DNA of 64,000 bases from Candidatus Omnitrophota bacterium (GCA_018817165.1 JAHITY010000061.1:1733-65732), one strand, 5' to 3'; numbered from the stretch's first letter, positions 1-10,443 are shown. Notes: generated by a model not told the origin, from the letters alone. Made by a program: numbers and translations.

Positions 1-860
1 TCTTGGCCGGCTTTTAAAGGATATTTTTTATTGGTCTTAACCGCTAACTTAACTGCGCCAGTTTGAGTAAAAGCAACTATGGCTTTTAAGCTTAAAACAT
101 CTGCTCTTATTTTCGCTAAACAACCGATTGGCACCCGACAACCGCCGCCCATGCTTTTAAGAAATGCTCTTTCGGCAGTGACCTCTGATCGGGAAGAACT
201 ATGATCCAATATCTTGACCATTGCCTTCACATTTTTGTCTTTTTTCCTGACCTGTACGCCCAAAACACCTTGACCCGGAGCAGGCAAAATAATGTTTTCA
301 TTGATATATTCTGTTATTAAGCCCTGCCAACCAAGGCGGATAATCCCAGCAGCCGCAAGCACAATCGCATCAAACTGCTTATCATTTAGTTTTTTTAATC
401 TTGTATCCAGATTGCCCCTAATGTTAACGATATTAAGATCCGGACGATATAAAAGCAACTGAGCCTTGCGCCGAGGACTTGATGTGCCAATACAGCTTTT
501 CAACTCTAAATCATCTAATTTTTTTCCTGAATGAGAAATTAAAACATCACGAGCATCAGCCCTTTTAGTTATTGCGGCAATTTCTAATTCTTTAGGCATT
601 TCAACTGGTAAATCCTTCATGCTATGCACAGCTAAATCGATTTTCCCTTGAATTAATGCTTGTTCTATTTCTTTTACAAACAACCCTTTTACCTGTTCGG
701 TTGGCCATTTCTTTAATCTGTCACCGCTTGTCACTATTTTCTTGATCACAAATTTATAATTCGGAAAGGCTTTTTTAAGCATATCCATAACTAATCTAGC
801 TTGCGTCATGGCTAAAATACTTTTCCTGCTTCCAATCGTAATTATATCCACTTTTTTCAT
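1..860 (-). CDS. hemC: Porphobilinogen deaminase (3' end beyond the window edge)
   Basis: Manual translation from ATG at 860: MKKVDIITIGSRKSILAMTQA...KGLFVKEIEQAL...DLAVHSMKDLP...GTSSLRR; follows hemA. Confidence 0.95.
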   Translation of the reverse strand, partial: MKKVDIITIGSRKSILAMTQARLVMDMLKKAFPNYKFVIKKIVTSGDRLKKWPTEQVKGLFVKEIEQALIQGKIDLAVHSMKDLPVEMPKELEIAAITKRADARDVLISHSGKKLDDLELKSCIGTSSPRRKAQLLLYRPDLNIVNIRGNLDTRLKKLNDKQFDAIVLAAAGIIRLGWQGLITEYINENIILPAPGQGVLGVQVRKKDKNVKAMVKILDHSSSRSEVTAERAFLKSMGGGCRVPIGCLAKIRADVLSLKAIVAFTQTGAVKLAVKTNKKYPLKAGQ

Positions 861-883
861 GCCCTACAACACTCCCCAAACAA

Positions 884-1933
884 CTACTCAATCTTTTTTA
901 AATTAGACACATTCAATATTTTCTTTAATTTTATCTGAACTTTTAATAACTGCTGCTCAATTAAATCCTCTATTTTCTTTGCTTCTTTAAGCCGTTCATT
1001 TAAATTAGCATCTTTTACTTTTTCCAAATCATCTAAATTATAAACATAAACATTTTCGAGCTTATTAACATCGGGATCAATATTGCGCGGCAAGCCAAGA
1101 TCAATAAAAAATATTGGCCTATTTTTGCGTTTTATCATAATTTCACTCATCATTGATTGCTTAACAAGAACATGCGGCGCGCTGACAGAACTAATCACAA
1201 TATCAGATTGAATTAAGGTTTGAGGAAATTTATCAAATTCCACTGCTTGTCCGTTAAATTTTTTTGCTAATTCTTGAGCTTTGGAAAATGTTCTGTTTGC
1301 TACTAGAACCATTTGCGCGCCTCTGCCCTTTAAATGATTAGCCGAAAGCTCTCCGATCTTACCCGCGCCGATAATCAGTATTTTTTTATCTGATAAATCC
1401 TCAAAAATTTTACGCGCCATTTCCACGGCAGCAGTGCTGATTGAAACCGCTCCATACCCTATTTGGGTCTGCGTTCTTGCCCGTTTACCAATCTTAATTG
1501 CTTCTTCAAATAAAAAAGAAAATATTCGAGAAACAGCCCCAATATTTCGGGCACTAAAAAAAGCTGCTTTAACCTGTCCTAAAATCTGATTTTCTCCCAG
1601 GATCTGAGAATCCAAAGAACTGCTGACTCTGAATAAATGCCTGATTGCAGCCATATCTTCAAATTCATAAGAATGATTCTTGAAATCCTTCATATTTATA
1701 TTATGAAATTTTTCCAAAAAACCGCTAAGCGCTCCATTTATTTTTTTATCATCACGGGCCAAAGCATAAATTTCAATACGATTACAAGTAGAAAGAATAA
1801 CCCCTTCCTGTATATCGCTATTCTTTTTCAGCGAACTAAGCGCTTCGTCCAAACAAGCTTTAGGAAAAGATAACTTTTCTCTTATCCCGATCGGAGCTGT
1901 CTTGTGATTAAAACCAATAATTTTTATATTCAT
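884..1933 (-). CDS. hemA: Glutamyl-tRNA reductase (short, C-terminal dimerisation domain largely missing)
   Basis: STCNRIE, SSLDSQILGENQILGQ, GAGKIG and DLGLPRNID motifs. Confidence 0.95.
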   Translation of the reverse strand: MNIKIIGFNHKTAPIGIREKLSFPKACLDEALSSLKKNSDIQEGVILSTCNRIEIYALARDDKKINGALSGFLEKFHNINMKDFKNHSYEFEDMAAIRHLFRVSSSLDSQILGENQILGQVKAAFFSARNIGAVSRIFSFLFEEAIKIGKRARTQTQIGYGAVSISTAAVEMARKIFEDLSDKKILIIGAGKIGELSANHLKGRGAQMVLVANRTFSKAQELAKKFNGQAVEFDKFPQTLIQSDIVISSVSAPHVLVKQSMMSEIMIKRKNRPIFFIDLGLPRNIDPDVNKLENVYVYNLDDLEKVKDANLNERLKEAKKIEDLIEQQLLKVQIKLKKILNVSNLKKIE

Positions 1934-1936
1934 AAT

Positions 1937-2752
1937 TTATAAATAAGAATGCAATCCAGGCAATAGAAAGCTTACCCCTAAATAAGTAAATAGAACTGAA
2001 GTAAATCCGATTATTGATAAAATAGCCGCTCGTCTGCCCCGCCACCCAGCATTAAACCGGGCATGCAAGTAAGCAGCATATACCAACCAAGTAATAAAAG
2101 ACCATGTTTCTTTAGGATCCCAGCTCCACCAATTACCCCAGGCCTGCTGCGCCCAAATAGAACCCGTAGCAATTCCGGCAGTGAGCAAAACAAATCCAAA
2201 AAGCACCATATTGTAATTTATTTTATCCATCACATCGAGAGGCGGTAAACGTTCAAAAAGTTTACCTATATGTTTTAATTTTACCTGTCTTTCCTGCATA
2301 AGATACATTATCCCTAAAAAAAAAGCACAGGCAAAACAAGCATAGCTAAGAAAACAAGTAATTACATGGATAAACAACCAGTAACTTTGCAAAGCCGGCA
2401 TCAAGGGCTTGACTGAACTATCGAGCAATGAAGCATATCCAATAACAAAAAAAACAAACGGCATAATAAAGGTCCCGATTATTTGAAATTTAAACCTGAA
2501 CTCCAAAATAAGAAATATCAATACAATTGCCCAAGCAAATAGTGACATAGATTCATAAAGGTTAGACATGGGAGGAAACCCTGAGATAACCCATCTAATA
2601 ATAAGTGTTACGGAATGATCAATAAAACCAAAAATAGCGCAAAACATCGCTGCTTTAGCCAAGAAAACATTTTTATTTATTGAGAAGAGAACAAAACTCA
2701 ATGCGCTGATTAAATAAGCGATTAAAACCCCTAAGAATAATATCGTGTACAT
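1937..2752 (-). CDS. ccsA: Cytochrome c biogenesis system II protein CcsA/ResC
   Basis: WWD domain WAQQAWGNWWSWDPKETW, conserved His residues, C-terminal GLHSY, multiple TM helices. Confidence 0.92.
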   Translation of the reverse strand: MYTILFLGVLIAYLISALSFVLFSINKNVFLAKAAMFCAIFGFIDHSVTLIIRWVISGFPPMSNLYESMSLFAWAIVLIFLILEFRFKFQIIGTFIMPFVFFVIGYASLLDSSVKPLMPALQSYWLFIHVITCFLSYACFACAFFLGIMYLMQERQVKLKHIGKLFERLPPLDVMDKINYNMVLFGFVLLTAGIATGSIWAQQAWGNWWSWDPKETWSFITWLVYAAYLHARFNAGWRGRRAAILSIIGFTSVLFTYLGVSFLLPGLHSYL

Positions 2753-2764
2753 ATCCCCTCCAAT

Positions 2765-3391
2765 TTACGAAATTTTCAAATGCGCCTTGAGTTCAACGAG
2801 CTTGCGAATCTTTTTATTGTTTATCAATTCTAAAATTTTATCATCAAGTAATGCATCGATCAGGCGCTTCTTGGTTCGCTTGTCTTTATGCTTAAGCTTT
2901 ATCTCATCCCTCAACCGAGATAATACCCCAATATTGTCCGCGTACTTTTTAATCATCACTGCCGTATCCTGACGTATCTTTTTTGCCAATCCAGGAAAAG
3001 CGCCTTGCGTTGATATCGATAATAAAATTCCTTTTTTATTCACAACTGACGGCAAATAAAAATTACATTGCTCCGGCACATCAACCACATTAATTAGTTT
3101 TCCCATTTTATTGGCATCTTTAACTATTTGCGCATTCACCGCTTGATCATTAGTAGCCGCTATTATTAAAAACGCGTCCTTTATGAAATTTTTCTTATAT
3201 TCGGTTTTTTGATAATTAAACGCATTTTTTTTATGCAACTGTTTGAGCTGAAAACAAAGCTTAGGGCTAATAATCGTTATATTGTCCGAACTTTTAAGTA
3301 AAGTTTGGACTTTTCTCAGAGCAACCGCGCCCCCACCGATTACGCAACAGAGCATCTTATCTAATTTTAAACAAACCGGATATAATATCAT
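2765..3391 (-). CDS. Precorrin-2 dehydrogenase / sirohydrochlorin ferrochelatase (SirC/Met8p, CysG N-terminal type)
   Basis: YPVCL, GGGAVALRK, NVVDVPEQCNFYLP and ISTQG motifs. Confidence 0.9.
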   Translation of the reverse strand: MILYPVCLKLDKMLCCVIGGGAVALRKVQTLLKSSDNITIISPKLCFQLKQLHKKNAFNYQKTEYKKNFIKDAFLIIAATNDQAVNAQIVKDANKMGKLINVVDVPEQCNFYLPSVVNKKGILLSISTQGAFPGLAKKIRQDTAVMIKKYADNIGVLSRLRDEIKLKHKDKRTKKRLIDALLDDKILELINNKKIRKLVELKAHLKIS

Positions 3392-3936
3392 TTTTCCTGC
3401 TTACTTTTTAAAAATGCATCTACCCCTTGCCTAACTCCATCAACAACTGCTTTTGATGAAATTGTTGCGCCTGTTATAGCCTGAATATTCTTATCAGTCT
3501 TACCTTTAATTAAAACTATGTCCTGAATATTTTTGTCTTTAAATTGCTTTAAAAACTTTGCTTCTGTCTGTTTATACTCAATCTCATTTATTTTTGACCC
3601 CAATCCCGGAGTTTCTGAATGTTCAAGGACTTGCACTCCTGTAATGTTTTCCTTTGTATCAACGCCGACCAAAAGCTGAATATTTCCCCCATACCCTTTA
3701 CCCGAAAGCGGTAAAGCCCATCCGATTAGATTATTTTGAGCATTTTTTGCCTCATAATAAAGAATCTCCCCTTCCTGTTTTTGATAGCTATCTGCGGGTA
3801 ATACAGATTGAAGAGACCTCTCCAAAAGCATTTGCTTTTGCTGCTCGATCACTGGCGAAGTTTTTTGATATATAAGCGCAAGAGTTAAAGCGCAAATCAA
3901 TGCAACAGCAAACAGGGACATACTTAATCGAAACAT
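3388..3936 (-). CDS. RnfG-like membrane-anchored FMN-binding (flavinylated) protein
   Basis: N-terminal TM, GYGG, ETPGLG and the flavinylation motif AITGATISS. Confidence 0.85.
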   Translation of the reverse strand: MFRLSMSLFAVALICALTLALIYQKTSPVIEQQKQMLLERSLQSVLPADSYQKQEGEILYYEAKNAQNNLIGWALPLSGKGYGGNIQLLVGVDTKENITGVQVLEHSETPGLGSKINEIEYKQTEAKFLKQFKDKNIQDIVLIKGKTDKNIQAITGATISSKAVVDGVRQGVDAFLKSKQEK

Positions 3937-3946
3937 TACACACTCC

Positions 3947-4972
3947 TTATATTTTTTTTTGAAATAAAAATACGATCATTCCCGAAAATAACATCAAAAA
4001 ACCAGTCCAAACAAATACTATTCCCGGGTCTTTAATAACTTGGATTATTGTAGCATAAAATATGTCTAAGCGCTTGATTTTGAAATCAAAAACCTCTATT
4101 TCCTGAGACAATATATCATTGATTTGCGGATTGAGAAATACCCATTTTGTGCCAACCGAGTGGTCATGCTGATACATTGTTATGAGTAAAGCCGCATTGC
4201 CTAATTCAGCTGAACGCATAGTAATCCGCCCATTCTGATCAATTTCAGCGTCTGGAAGAAAATGCGTAATCTCCAGGCTAAAACCACCCTTACCGGGTAA
4301 AAATAACGGTTCTCCCTGTTTCCAATTTCCCTGCCAAACCTCATGGCCCATATGACTAATGCTCATTTCTAAATCAGCACAGGCCTTAAAACTTGACTGA
4401 TAGAAACCATATCCCTTGTATTTGAACGGATGATTAACTATTATTTTATGTTCCCGAGCAATATTATCATTTTCCAGCAAGGTTATATTGCTTCGATATA
4501 CTTTGGGTTGCTTTGTATCCGGATAATACTCTATATCAAACTTATCAAAAGTCAGTTTCGCGTTTCCCGGCTTAAGTTCTATTGTTTGGCCAGGTAAGAG
4601 AGTTATATATTCTGAATATTTGAGCAATTTGCTTACGATTGCCCCTGTAAAAATCAGCAATATGCTGAAATGGATCAAAAACAATGCCAATTTCTTCTTA
4701 TTTTTAAACAATGCCCGACTAAAACTATTTATTGTACAAACAAAAAGATTCGTGCCCAGGATAAACAACATACTTTGATAAGCCCATCCATTGTATAAAT
4801 CATTACCTTGAATAAACAATATTCCTTTGCCAAAAAATTCTCCATAATTTTTTAAATAGAACTGGGCATTTTCTCCTTGAACTATAACTGTACCCAAAAT
4901 AGAAACAGCGGCTAAAATTAATAATAGAATAAATGTAATCTTTAAAGAACCTAATTGTTTTAAAAACTTCAT
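3947..4972 (-). CDS. Cytochrome c biogenesis protein ResB/CcsB-like
   Basis: SILGTVIVQ, HFSILLIFTG, VNHPFKYKGYGFYQSS, C-terminal KDPG plus TM. Confidence 0.8.
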   Translation of the reverse strand: MKFLKQLGSLKITFILLLILAAVSILGTVIVQGENAQFYLKNYGEFFGKGILFIQGNDLYNGWAYQSMLFILGTNLFVCTINSFSRALFKNKKKLALFLIHFSILLIFTGAIVSKLLKYSEYITLLPGQTIELKPGNAKLTFDKFDIEYYPDTKQPKVYRSNITLLENDNIAREHKIIVNHPFKYKGYGFYQSSFKACADLEMSISHMGHEVWQGNWKQGEPLFLPGKGGFSLEITHFLPDAEIDQNGRITMRSAELGNAALLITMYQHDHSVGTKWVFLNPQINDILSQEIEVFDFKIKRLDIFYATIIQVIKDPGIVFVWTGFLMLFSGMIVFLFQKKI

Positions 4973-4996
4973 TATTATTTATCTAAACCCCATTCT

Positions 4997-5863
4997 TTAT
5001 TTTTTCTTCAAAATTCTCTCTTGCAAATCAAATATTGCAAAATGTGATTCATTAATATCCATCAAACTTTCCGTCTTTCCCGCAACGAGATATCCTAGAG
5101 GAGCCAAAGCTTTATAAAAATTCGCATAAACCTGTTTCTGTAACTCTTTAGTAAAATAAATTATTACGTTTCGGCAAAAAATTAGATCTATTCTCTGTAA
5201 CGGTTCATCACTACTCATATTATGATGCCTGAAATTAATCATTGTTTTCAAGTTAGGATTGATTGCATATAAACCTTGTTCGTTTTTCTGAAAATATGCG
5301 CTTATCTGATGACCTTTTAATTCTTTTAATGCTTTTTCTTTATAGACTCCTGCTTCTGCCTGTTTCAATGCAGCCTTATCAATATCAGTAGCATATATTC
5401 TGATTTTAAAATTCTCTTTGAGCTCGGACAATACTTCACTGATCATTATTGCCAAAGAATAGGGCTCTTCTCCGGTTGCGCATCCAGAGCTCCACACCCG
5501 AATAGAAGAAGCATTGATTTCTTTTTTCGCTTTTACAATTTCTGGAATAATCTTACGGCGAACCGCATTAAATGTCTCCGGATTACGAAAAAACTCAGTA
5601 ACATTTATTGTAATTCTATCCAATAAATTGTCATAGCCTTCCGGATTTTTTATCAAGAAGTCTAAATACTCTTCAAAAGAATTAACCCGAGAATCGTGCA
5701 TACCCACAACAATTCTTCTGCGCAAACATTTAGTCCGATATTGACGAAAATCCACACCTCTACGGCGATAAATATTGTGGATTATTTTATTAAAAGCCAG
5801 CAATTCAGCTTCGGGCAAATCATCCTCAAGAAAATCACTTGATCCTGTATTTTTCATAAGCAA
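4997..5863 (-). CDS. cheR: CheR-type protein-glutamate O-methyltransferase
   Basis: TINVTEFFRN, WSSGCATGEEPYSLA, ATDID, IFCRNVIIYF. Confidence 0.92.
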   Translation of the reverse strand: MLMKNTGSSDFLEDDLPEAELLAFNKIIHNIYRRRGVDFRQYRTKCLRRRIVVGMHDSRVNSFEEYLDFLIKNPEGYDNLLDRITINVTEFFRNPETFNAVRRKIIPEIVKAKKEINASSIRVWSSGCATGEEPYSLAIMISEVLSELKENFKIRIYATDIDKAALKQAEAGVYKEKALKELKGHQISAYFQKNEQGLYAINPNLKTMINFRHHNMSSDEPLQRIDLIFCRNVIIYFTKELQKQVYANFYKALAPLGYLVAGKTESLMDINESHFAIFDLQERILKKK

Positions 5864-5905
5864 GCCTTTTTTATGACTATGCTATCATAACCAGTCAATT
5901 AACTT

Positions 5906-6172
5906 TTAAGGATTCTTTTTTACTTGTTTGATTGCTTTGACTAATTCTCTTAAAATATCCGCTTGAAACTGCACTTCTGTTTCCGTTATTTTAGTCATGA
6001 TTCTGCCTTTATCAGTCACGATATATCTTGCCGGCAAGCGATTAAGGATAAGCGCCATAATATCCAGCTTACACTTGTGAATTTTTGTCCAGTCCTCATT
6101 AATTCGAGCAAGTTCTTTATCAACTGCATCTTCCACGACTAGTTCCATATAATTCTTTAGTTCCATGTTCAT
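5906..6172 (-). CDS. ComFB-family protein
   Basis: KNYMELVV...CKLDIMALILNRLPARY...KG pattern typical of ComFB. Confidence 0.8.
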   Translation of the reverse strand: MNMELKNYMELVVEDAVDKELARINEDWTKIHKCKLDIMALILNRLPARYIVTDKGRIMTKITETEVQFQADILRELVKAIKQVKKNP

Positions 6173-6221
6173 CCTCCTTTTTAGTTAAAAGCTTCAATTA
6201 CATGCACTGATTAGACTATGA

Positions 6222-7103
6222 TTAAAAATTCCATATAACTTCTAAAGCGTCCATAATATCCTGTGCGTTTTCAACTAATTTTGCGCCCTCTTTAATCAGC
6301 TTATTTGTGCCTTGAGCATTCAATGAATTAGCTATCCCAGGCACAGCTAACACCTCTCTGCCCTGGTTTAAAGCCAGATCAGCAGTGATCAAAGAACCGC
6401 TTTTCTGCGCAGCCTCAACAACTACAATTGCCCTACACAGCCCGCTAATAATTCTATTGCGCCGGGGAAAATTACCCCGTAAAGGCAAAGTATTTAAAGA
6501 AAACTCCGAAATAACTGCGCCGTTTTTAGATATCTCATCAAACAATGTTTTATTTTCTGACGGATAAATATTATTAAAACCACTACCCAAGACTGCAATT
6601 GTTTTTCCTTTAGCATGCAGTGCTCCTTTATGCGCAGCGGTATCAATTCCTCGAGCCATTCCCGAAACAATACAAATCTTACGATTTGCCAAAGCTTGTG
6701 ATATCTGAGCTGATTGGTTTAAACCATAGGTACTGGCACGGCGACAACCAATCACTCCGAGCATTTTACTTTGCAAAACGGTTATATCGCCTTTTACATA
6801 TAAAACAATTGGAGGATCATAAATTTCTTTTAAAAGAACAGGATATCTTGATTCTGCTATGGTAATTATTTCAATATTGTTTTTTTGAATTTGCTCTAAT
6901 TCTTTGACAAATTCAGATGCTAATAATATTTGTTTTATTCTTTTCGCTATTTCAATACTCATGCCGGGAACTTTGCAGCATTCCTCGATATCTACTTGAA
7001 AAATATTTTGCACTGTCTTAAAGGTGTGCATTAACCTAGAAATCAGAATACTTCCTAAGCCGGAAACCATATTTAAAGCTATATAATAATCTTTTTCACG
7101 CAT
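6222..7103 (-). CDS. dprA: DNA-processing protein DprA
   Basis: DPPIVLYVKG, SGMARGIDTAAH, FPRRNRIISGL, SGSLITA. Confidence 0.95.
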   Translation of the reverse strand: MREKDYYIALNMVSGLGSILISRLMHTFKTVQNIFQVDIEECCKVPGMSIEIAKRIKQILLASEFVKELEQIQKNNIEIITIAESRYPVLLKEIYDPPIVLYVKGDITVLQSKMLGVIGCRRASTYGLNQSAQISQALANRKICIVSGMARGIDTAAHKGALHAKGKTIAVLGSGFNNIYPSENKTLFDEISKNGAVISEFSLNTLPLRGNFPRRNRIISGLCRAIVVVEAAQKSGSLITADLALNQGREVLAVPGIANSLNAQGTNKLIKEGAKLVENAQDIMDALEVIWNF

Positions 7104-7115
7104 TTTACTCAGCCA

Positions 7116-7625
7116 TTAAAGCTTTGCCTTCAACCAAGACTCTATTTTGTCCACAACCTGCATTTTACTCAAACTAGATGTATCCACTGTGTAGTCAGCC
7201 TTAGCATAATAGATTTCTCTTATATTTAAAAGTTCCCTGATCTTTTCTTCAGGTTTTGGAACATTTAATAATGGTCGATGCGCATAATCTTTGGTTCTTT
7301 CAATAATCACTTCCGGGTTTGCTTGCAAGCAGATTACTATTCCGTTTTGTTTTAAATTAGCAATATTATCTACATCTAAAACAACCCCGCCTCCGCAGGA
7401 AATAATTTTATTCTGGTGAAGAGATATCTCAGCAACAACTTCCTTCTCAATCTTACGAAAAAACACCTCTCCTTTTTCAGCAAATATATCGACAATCCGC
7501 ATTTGCTGTCTAGCTTCAATCAACTGATCAATATCTACAAATTCAGCATTAAATTTTTCCGCAAGCATACAGGCTATGGTTGTTTTTCCTGTTCCCATAA
7601 AACCGACCAGTGCGATATTCTTCAC
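7116..7625 (-). CDS. aroK: Shikimate kinase
   Basis: GFMGTGKT P-loop, GEVFFR, CGGG, RPLL. Confidence 0.93.
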   Translation of the reverse strand: MKNIALVGFMGTGKTTIACMLAEKFNAEFVDIDQLIEARQQMRIVDIFAEKGEVFFRKIEKEVVAEISLHQNKIISCGGGVVLDVDNIANLKQNGIVICLQANPEVIIERTKDYAHRPLLNVPKPEEKIRELLNIREIYYAKADYTVDTSSLSKMQVVDKIESWLKAKL

Positions 7626-7648
7626 AAAATTCTCCTTAGCTTAAATAG

Positions 7649-9067
7649 TTATTTACCTATACAAAAACGGGAAAAAATATTACTTAATATATCTTCAGTT
7701 ATATTCTCACCAACTACTTGGCCAAGAAAATCAAGCGCCTGTCTTATTTCAAAGACAAGACACTCATCATAGCCTTTTTTAGTAACCACCCCAAGTGCAG
7801 CTTGGATACTTTTATAACAATTTTCCAATGCTTCTTTTTGTCTAATATTACTTATTATAAATTCATCTTTTGCAACTATTTGGCCTTTAAAAAACATCTT
7901 TATAATGGTTTTCTCCAAGAAATCTAACCCTTGTTTTTTTAAAGCTGATATTTTAATAATTACAGCATTAGGCATATTTTTCTTGATCTGAGTTAAATCA
8001 ACTTTTAAATTCAAATCATTCTTATTAACCACAATAATTGCTTTTCGACCATATATTTTTTTAGCAACTTCTAAATCTGCTTTTTGAATCTTACGCGATC
8101 CATCGATAACCCATAAAACAAGATCCGATCTTTCCAAACAAGCAAGACTACGACTCATGCTTTCCTGGGTAATAACACACGAACTATCCATGATCCCTGC
8201 AGTATCAGAAATTTTAACCGCAACTCCCCGCATATTTAAAACTTCTTCTACCACATCCCGTGTTGTGCCGGAAATATTGGTTACAATCACTCGCTCATAT
8301 TCAAGCAAAGCATTCATTATGCTGGATTTACCAACATTAGCTGCTCCGACAAGCGCTATGCTAAGACCATTAGCCAGGATGATCCCTTTGTCTGCGCTAT
8401 CAACTAATTTCCGAATATCAGCAGACACAGAATCTAAATTTTTTACTATATTCTTTTTTGTCATTAGCTGGATAGTGTCATCCGGAAAATCAATACTCGC
8501 TTCTAAAGGAGCAACTATTTCCACAAGCTTTGCCATAAGATTTTTAATATGATTTGAAAGTTTGCCCTGCAATTGATGCATTGCGGGTTCTAAGGCTAAA
8601 TCCGTTTTAGCATTAATTACATTTAATACTGATTCTGCTTGGATAAGATCAATTCTGCCATTTTGAAAAGCTCTTTGCGTGAATTCACCCGGCTGGGCAA
8701 GGCGAGCTCCTGATTCGATGCAAAGTTCAAGGATCTTGCGTAAAGTAACAATCCCACCATGACAATTTATTTCCAATACATCTTCTTTGGTATAGGTTAG
8801 CGGTGCCCGCATTACAGTTACAATAACCTCATCAATAATTTCCTGTATTTGGTTTTTAGATTTAGAATTACTAATAACATGACCGTAATGCACACTAAAG
8901 CTAGGCAATTGCGATATTTTTTTCTGCCTGTGCTTACCCTTAAAAATCTTATCTCCGATTTTAAACGCTTTATTGCCGCTTAAACGAACAATGCCGATTC
9001 CCCCTTGCCCTAAAGGGGTTGAAATTGCCGCAATTGTATCAGTAGGATTGATCTTTGTTGCTATCAT
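7649..9067 (-). CDS. mnmE: tRNA modification GTPase MnmE
   Basis: DTIAAISTP, CHGG, GAANVGKSS, DTAG, C-terminal FCIGK. Confidence 0.97.
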   Translation of the reverse strand: MIATKINPTDTIAAISTPLGQGGIGIVRLSGNKAFKIGDKIFKGKHRQKKISQLPSFSVHYGHVISNSKSKNQIQEIIDEVIVTVMRAPLTYTKEDVLEINCHGGIVTLRKILELCIESGARLAQPGEFTQRAFQNGRIDLIQAESVLNVINAKTDLALEPAMHQLQGKLSNHIKNLMAKLVEIVAPLEASIDFPDDTIQLMTKKNIVKNLDSVSADIRKLVDSADKGIILANGLSIALVGAANVGKSSIMNALLEYERVIVTNISGTTRDVVEEVLNMRGVAVKISDTAGIMDSSCVITQESMSRSLACLERSDLVLWVIDGSRKIQKADLEVAKKIYGRKAIIVVNKNDLNLKVDLTQIKKNMPNAVIIKISALKKQGLDFLEKTIIKMFFKGQIVAKDEFIISNIRQKEALENCYKSIQAALGVVTKKGYDECLVFEIRQALDFLGQVVGENITEDILSNIFSRFCIGK

Positions 9068-9081
9068 CGTTTAACTCGGTC

Positions 9082-10425
9082 CTAATATTTAGGAAAATTT
9101 ATTGTCTTTAATGCTGTAAACGCCTCACCCACGACATAAAGGCTTCCTGTAACTAAAATAAGGTCATCTTTACTGGTACTATTTTCAAAAGCCATACTTA
9201 TTGCTTCTTGAACTGTATGAGTTTTTTTAATAATCCGCTTAAAAGGGGCCAAAATATTTTCCAATTCATCAACATCCATTGCTCTGGGGTTTTGCGACTG
9301 AGTTAAAATAATCATATTCTGCTGCCGCCCCAAATATTGAATCATCCCTTTTACATCTTTGTCTCTACTCACTCCAAAAACTAAAATTGATTTTTTAGGA
9401 ATAAAAATCATATTTACTGCTGCACGCAAAACCTGAGCTGAGGCTGTATTTTGTGCCCCATCAAACACAAGAAAAGGATTTTTATGGACTAATTGCATTC
9501 TGCCTGGCCAATGAGTAGTTTCCAGTCCGCGGCGGATAGCAATTGAAGAAATTACAATTTCATAAAATCTTAAGAGATGAATTACCCCTAGAGCTAAAGC
9601 AGCATTTACTACTTGGAATTGACCGACAAGACTAATATGCAGTCCAGGATAATCAATGTCTTTACCCGTGAAATCAAAAATGCTTCCATCCAGATTATTA
9701 CCGACAACATCATAAAGAAAATCTTTTCCTATTTGATACAATTTAGCATTATTCTCTTTACAAGCACGCTCAATCTCAAGCCAAGCTTGAGGCAGCTGGG
9801 TTACAGTAACCACTAGCGTGTCTTTTTTTATAATCCCGGCTTTTTCCCGGGCAATCTTTTCAATAGAATCCCCCAGGATTTGGGTATGATCTAAACTTAT
9901 TGCGACAAATCCGCAAATTAAAGGTTTAACAACATTGGTTGCATCAAGCCGACCGCCTAAGCCAGTTTCTAAAACAGCAATTTCAATTTTCTGTTGGGCA
10001 AAAAACATAAATGCCAGAACTGTATAAATTTCAAAAAAAGTCAGGCCTGGGATAGTCTCGGCATATGGTTTAATTTGTTCAACTAAAGCGATTACCTCAT
10101 CTTGCTCGATCAACCGCTCTCGGGTTTCTTCCATAGCATCAACATAACTAATTTTAATTCTTTCTTTAAAGTCAATAAGATGCGGAGAAGTATATAATCC
10201 CGCCTTATAACCAGCCTCTTTTAAAATATTAAAAATAAACGCGCAAGTCGACCCTTTACCTTTTGTTCCGGCAATATGAATCGATTTGAATTTATCCTGC
10301 GGATTATCCAGCTTATTCAACAGCTGTTTAACCCGATCTAGTTGCATATCGCTACTAGTAAAATTCATCTCTTTTTCATGATTAATAAATGAATTTAAAT
10401 ATTCTACTGATTGCTGATAATCCAT
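9082..10425 (-). CDS. folC: Folylpolyglutamate/dihydrofolate synthase
   Basis: HIAGTKGKGST, YTSPHL, ETGLGGRLDATN, WPGR. Confidence 0.95.
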   Translation of the reverse strand: MDYQQSVEYLNSFINHEKEMNFTSSDMQLDRVKQLLNKLDNPQDKFKSIHIAGTKGKGSTCAFIFNILKEAGYKAGLYTSPHLIDFKERIKISYVDAMEETRERLIEQDEVIALVEQIKPYAETIPGLTFFEIYTVLAFMFFAQQKIEIAVLETGLGGRLDATNVVKPLICGFVAISLDHTQILGDSIEKIAREKAGIIKKDTLVVTVTQLPQAWLEIERACKENNAKLYQIGKDFLYDVVGNNLDGSIFDFTGKDIDYPGLHISLVGQFQVVNAALALGVIHLLRFYEIVISSIAIRRGLETTHWPGRMQLVHKNPFLVFDGAQNTASAQVLRAAVNMIFIPKKSILVFGVSRDKDVKGMIQYLGRQQNMIILTQSQNPRAMDVDELENILAPFKRIIKKTHTVQEAISMAFENSTSKDDLILVTGSLYVVGEAFTALKTINFPKY

Positions 10426-10443
10426 AATTTCTTTATCTCACTT

